From contig CAVVHS010000008.1 in the NCBI GenBank assembly GCA_963748215.1, positions 352,001 to 416,000 of the forward strand: a DNA stretch of 64,000 nucleotides, in the 5' to 3' direction. Both the position numbers and the translations under genes were made by a program. The notes below the pieces were generated by a model that made no database searches, was not told the origin of the DNA, and saw nothing but the letters and a program-made list of their open reading frames with translations. Of the stretch, positions 60,159 to 64,000 are shown piece by piece (the stretch's first letter is position 1; each line of letters starts with the position of its first letter). The stretch comes from an uncultured Gammaproteobacteria bacterium (GTDB lineage Bacteria > Pseudomonadota > Gammaproteobacteria > UBA9214).

Positions 60159-62175
60159 CCGTCATGAAGAACTGCGGCTTCGTGGTTTCCTCTGCCGGCG
60201 CCTCGACAACCGGCGCGGCGGCGGAAGGCACCGCGCCGGTCGGCGCCGAGGTAAACTCGCCGATCTCGGGCAGCACCGGTTGCGTCTTGCCGGGCATCAG
60301 GTTGACGCCATCCGCATCCAGCCCCTGTTGCAGGGTCCGGATATAGTTGTACTTGCTGTTGGTGTACTGGGTCGCCACGCTGCTGTCGCGCAGGATCACC
60401 GGGTGGATGAACACCATCAGGTTCTGTCGGGTCACATCCGCGGTCTTGGACTTGAACAGCAGACCGAGCAACGGGATATCGCCCAGCAGCGGGACCTTCT
60501 GCACGCTCTCGCCGATACGCTCGTCGATCAGGCCGCCCAGCACCACGATCTGTCCGTCATCCACCATGACATTGGTCTTGATGGAGCGTTTCTTGGTGAT
60601 GAGATCGGCGGCGCCCGCAACGCTGTCCGCGATACTGGAGACCTCCTGCTCGATATCCAGCCGCAACGCATCGCCCTCGTTGATCTTGGGCTTGATCTTG
60701 AGGGTTATGCCGACGTCCTCGCGCTGGATGGTCTGGAACGGGTTGGTGGCACCGTCGCTGGCACCGGTACTGGTGAACGAACCGGTAAGAAACGGCACAT
60801 TCTCGCCGATGACGATCTCGGCCTCCTCGTTGTCCAGCGTGACCAGGGTCGGCGTGGAGAGAATATTGCTGCCCGTGTCCGAGGCCAGGGCGTTGATCAC
60901 AGCGGCGTAGCTGAACTGGTTCTTGGCGACATCACCGAAACCGAGCAACACATTGCCCGCGACACTCGGAAGTGACCCGCCGTTGGCGACGTCCACCACG
61001 GCATTGGCGACATCGGTAATGGGTGAGCCGGAATTGCTGAAGTTCACCACGCCCACCGGGGTCTGCCCTCCACTGGGATCCGCAAACAACCACTGCACGC
61101 CGAGCTCGCGTGCCGCGGTGTCCGAGACCTCCGCGATGACCGCCTCGACCAGCACCTGCGCCTTGCGGATATCCAGCTGGCTGATCACGCGCCGCAGGGT
61201 GCGCATGATGTCGGGCGGCGCGCTGATGACCAGTGCGTTGGTGGACTCATCCGCCTGGATGTCGAACGAACCGCGCGCCGCGGAGACGGCCTTGCCCTGG
61301 GTGGCATCCTGCTCCCCGATCTTGCCCACGCCCATAAGCACACTGACGATGTCCTTGGCATCGGCGTAGCGCAGATAGATAACGTCGGTGTTGCCGCCGG
61401 AATCCAGCGGGGTGTCGAGATGCGATATAATTGCCCGCAGCCGCAGGCGCTCGGCGCGCTCGCCGCCCAGCAACACGCTGTTGGTCCGCTCGTCGGCGAC
61501 CAGCACCTGCGCGCTGGCACCACCCGGCGCGTTGCCGGCGGCCGATGCACGGGTGAGGCTGGTCAGTACCCGCACTACCTCGTTGGCCGAGGCGTGCGCC
61601 AGCGGGATGACCTCGATCTCGCTGTCACTGACCTGGTCGATACGGCGGATGATGCTGACCAGGCGCTCCACGTTATTGGCCCGGTCCGAAATGATCAGCA
61701 CGTTGGTTGCCGGATAGGCTGCGAGGTGTCCCTGCTGCGGCACCAGCGGCCGCAGGATCGGTACCAGCTGCGCGGCGGCGACGTTGTCGACCTGGATCAC
61801 GCGCGTGACCATCTCGTCACCCCTGCCGGGCTCCCGGTCGGTGGTCGTCGGAATGCTGTCCTGCTTGGCATTCACATCCGGGATGATCTTGATGACCTCG
61901 CCGCTCGGCACTGCGGCGAAGCCGTGCACCTTGAGGATGGAGAGGAAAACCTGGTAGACCTCGTCGCTGTTCATCGGGCGCGACGAGATGACCGTGACCT
62001 TGCCCTTGACGCGCGGGTCGACGATGAAATTCTTGTTGGACACCTCGGCGACAGTGCTGATCAGGGCGCCGATATCGGCATCTTTGAGGTTAAGGGTGAC
62101 GGTCTCGGCTCGCAGCGGTAATGCATAAACCAGCCATGCCAGCGCCACCGCAGCAATCATTCCCGGAATTTTCAT
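60151..62175 (-). CDS. gspD: T2SS secretin
   Basis: N0 domain [12 protein letters not shown]; [11 protein letters not shown]; [14 protein letters not shown]; NLMVFIHP. Confidence 0.95.
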   Translation of the reverse strand: MKIPGMIAAVALAWLVYALPLRAETVTLNLKDADIGALISTVAEVSNKNFIVDPRVKGKVTVISSRPMNSDEVYQVFLSILKVHGFAAVPSGEVIKIIPDVNAKQDSIPTTTDREPGRGDEMVTRVIQVDNVAAAQLVPILRPLVPQQGHLAAYPATNVLIISDRANNVERLVSIIRRIDQVSDSEIEVIPLAHASANEVVRVLTSLTRASAAGNAPGGASAQVLVADERTNSVLLGGERAERLRLRAIISHLDTPLDSGGNTDVIYLRYADAKDIVSVLMGVGKIGEQDATQGKAVSAARGSFDIQADESTNALVISAPPDIMRTLRRVISQLDIRKAQVLVEAVIAEVSDTAARELGVQWLFADPSGGQTPVGVVNFSNSGSPITDVANAVVDVANGGSLPSVAGNVLLGFGDVAKNQFSYAAVINALASDTGSNILSTPTLVTLDNEEAEIVIGENVPFLTGSFTSTGASDGATNPFQTIQREDVGITLKIKPKINEGDALRLDIEQEVSSIADSVAGAADLITKKRSIKTNVMVDDGQIVVLGGLIDERIGESVQKVPLLGDIPLLGLLFKSKTADVTRQNLMVFIHPVILRDSSVATQYTNSKYNYIRTLQQGLDADGVNLMPGKTQPVLPEIGEFTSAPTGAVPSAAAPVVEAPAEETTKPQFFMTDE

Positions 62176-62276
62176 TGCCTGTTTCCTCAACACCTGTCCT
62201 GTTCGGTTTGGGCTACCGGTTCACACATCGACGGCCACACCGACTATCTTGCCAGAATCAGGCGAAAATTACCTGA

Positions 62277-63183
62277 TTATTCATAACCATCCAGCGACAA
62301 GGTCTGTTCCTCACCGTCCCGCAGCAGCTTCAGGGTGACCGGCTCGCCGCTCTGCAGGCTCTGTAGCGCCGTGGCACTGTTTTGCGGGTCGGTCAGGGCG
62401 AGGCCATTGACCTCCGTGACCACATCGCCGGCCTGCAGACCCACCTGCTCGAACAATTGCGGATCCTTGCCGGGCGCCAGTGAATAGCCGATCAGGTTGC
62501 CCTCCGGGTCATTCATCGGCGCGATGCGCAACATGCGGGCCAAACTGGCCGGCTGCTGCTGGATCTGCTGCCGCACCGCCCGCAGACGCTCTGCCGGACT
62601 CTGCGAGGAGCGTGCCGCGGCCGGCGCCGCAACGGCGGAATAAACGTTGTTGCCGGGCTTGATATCCGTCGGCAGCCGCAGGGTCTCGTAACGGCCGCTG
62701 CGCTGCAGGATCACGCGATCAGGATAGATCGCGCTCAGTTCGGCATTGCCCGGCAGGGTATCACCAATCGCATAATGTTCATCCTGCCCGCGCTGGTCGG
62801 CAATTATAGCGCGCGCATTGACCTTGTCATCCGATGCCAGCGCGCCTTTCAGGGTCAGTTTCAGCTGGGTATCCGGCGCATCGACCGGCGTGCTGACCTT
62901 GACCGGCACGGCCGCGACCGTCACCTCGCCCATCAGGTGCCAGCCGGGCAGCTGCCGGACCAGCATCCGGTCGGGATCCGGCTTGGCAGGAATACTGCCG
63001 GTTGCCGCGATCACCGGTTGCGCCGACTGCTTCCTCTTGCGGCAGCAGGCCCCAGGTCAGGGCGGCGAGCCGGAACGCAATCCAGATGACCAGCAACAGG
63101 TTGATGGCGAGGATGACACGCTGCGCGGTCCTGCCTTGCAGTAGCCTGCCCAGTTCCGCGGGTTGTAATGTTGCTCCATTCAT
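62277..63183 (-). CDS. gspC: T2SS protein GspC (HR + PDZ); frameshift near 63015-63035
   Basis: TM part in ORF 62827-63186; HR (APDTQLKLTLKG, IYPDRVIL) and PDZ (GLQAGDVVTEVNG) parts in ORF 62277-63014. Confidence 0.88.
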
Positions 63184-63219
63184 CAACTGACCTGTGACCC
63201 TTCAACCTGCCTGTGAAGT

Positions 63220-64000
63220 TTACCCCTGTCGCGTCTGATGTCGACCGCGACCGCCGCCACCATGGCGTCCTCCGCCCGGCCCTTTTCCCGGCCGGCCCTT
63301 GCCGCCTGGCCGCGGCGGCGGCCGGTCGATCTTGACCGGCGGCTTGAGTTTACCGATGTAGTCTTCCGGCACCGTGGCCACCGGCAGCTTGTGACCGATA
63401 TAGGCCTCGATTTCCGGGAGCGAGTAGACGAAATTCTCGCAGGCGAAACTGATCGCATCCCCGTCCTTGCCGACCCGCGCCGTGCGCCCGATCCGGTGTA
63501 CATAATCCTCGGCATCCTGCGGCAGATCATAATTGAATACGTGGCTGACGTCGGGTATGTGCAGGCCGCGTGCTGCCACATCGGTGGCAATCAGGATCGG
63601 CAATTCCCCCTTCTGGAACTGCTTCAGCAGGCGCTGGCGTTTCGTCTGCGGGACATCCCCCGACAGCACCGCACACTTGAAACCGTTACCCTCGAGGTAG
63701 GACCAGACCCGGTCCGCATTGCGCTTGGTGTTGACGAACACGATGCTGCGGTGCGGGTCGGTATGGTTGAGCAGACCGATCAGCAGGGGAATTTTTTCTA
63801 CATTCGCCGTGTGGTAGAGCAGCTGCCGGACCCGTTCGGCCGTGATGATCTCGGGTACGACATCGACATGGGTAGGGTTGTTCATGTGCTCGTAGGCCAG
63901 TTCCTGCACCCGGTGCGACAGGGTCGCCGAGAACAGCAGCCCGAGACGCTGCTCCGGCGGCGGGCAGCGGCGCAGCAGAAAGCGGATGTCCTTGATAAAG
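63220..64000 (-). CDS. rhlB: DEAD-box RNA helicase RhlB, 3' part (runs off window end)
   Basis: [53 protein letters not shown]. Confidence 0.92.
   Translation of the reverse strand, partial: FIKDIRFLLRRCPPPEQRLGLLFSATLSHRVQELAYEHMNNPTHVDVVPEIITAERVRQLLYHTANVEKIPLLIGLLNHTDPHRSIVFVNTKRNADRVWSYLEGNGFKCAVLSGDVPQTKRQRLLKQFQKGELPILIATDVAARGLHIPDVSHVFNYDLPQDAEDYVHRIGRTARVGKDGDAISFACENFVYSLPEIEAYIGHKLPVATVPEDYIGKLKPPVKIDRPPPRPGGKGRPGKGPGGGRHGGGGRGRHQTRQG

Noticed and set aside
58767-60975. Plus-strand ORFs of 458 and 308 aa
   Set aside because: Antisense to gspE and gspD.

Overview
GC-rich chromosomal segment, apparently from a gammaproteobacterium; a sediment or sulfur-oxidiser-like organism is my inference from gene content. 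Housekeeping genes: partial tyrS, an M23 peptidase, anmK, erpA (with an IscR-type site), bactofilin, argC/argE/argA, a ClC channel, folE, mscL, hemJ, ptsP-rppH, ampD, ilvD, cpdA, gspCDEF and partial rhlB. A cobalamin uptake/salvage locus carries a cobalamin riboswitch. Accessory or poorly understood modules: (1) a divergent YggX paralog, an orphan ATP-grasp enzyme and an A-type Fe-S carrier with a Cys-rich tail; (2) divergently transcribed from these, a Fur-boxed porin/FMN-binding/PepSY operon; (3) an exported repeat protein with a JDVT-CTERM-like tail; (4) an S8 protease lipoprotein coupled to a PrcB-like lipoprotein; (5) a HipBA-type toxin-antitoxin pair; (6) a long coiled-coil, degenerate GGDEF-EAL protein behind a FleQ-like box; (7) a 50-aa membrane ORF, below the ORF track's size range, upstream of a persulfide dioxygenase. 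Non-coding DNA holds a 347-bp MITE-like element and nested REP-like mosaics that share a small module. Several genes carry single-base frameshifts, densest at 18-22 kb, which points to assembly indel errors. No tRNA, rRNA or CRISPR array was seen. Family assignments come from motif recognition, not database searches.
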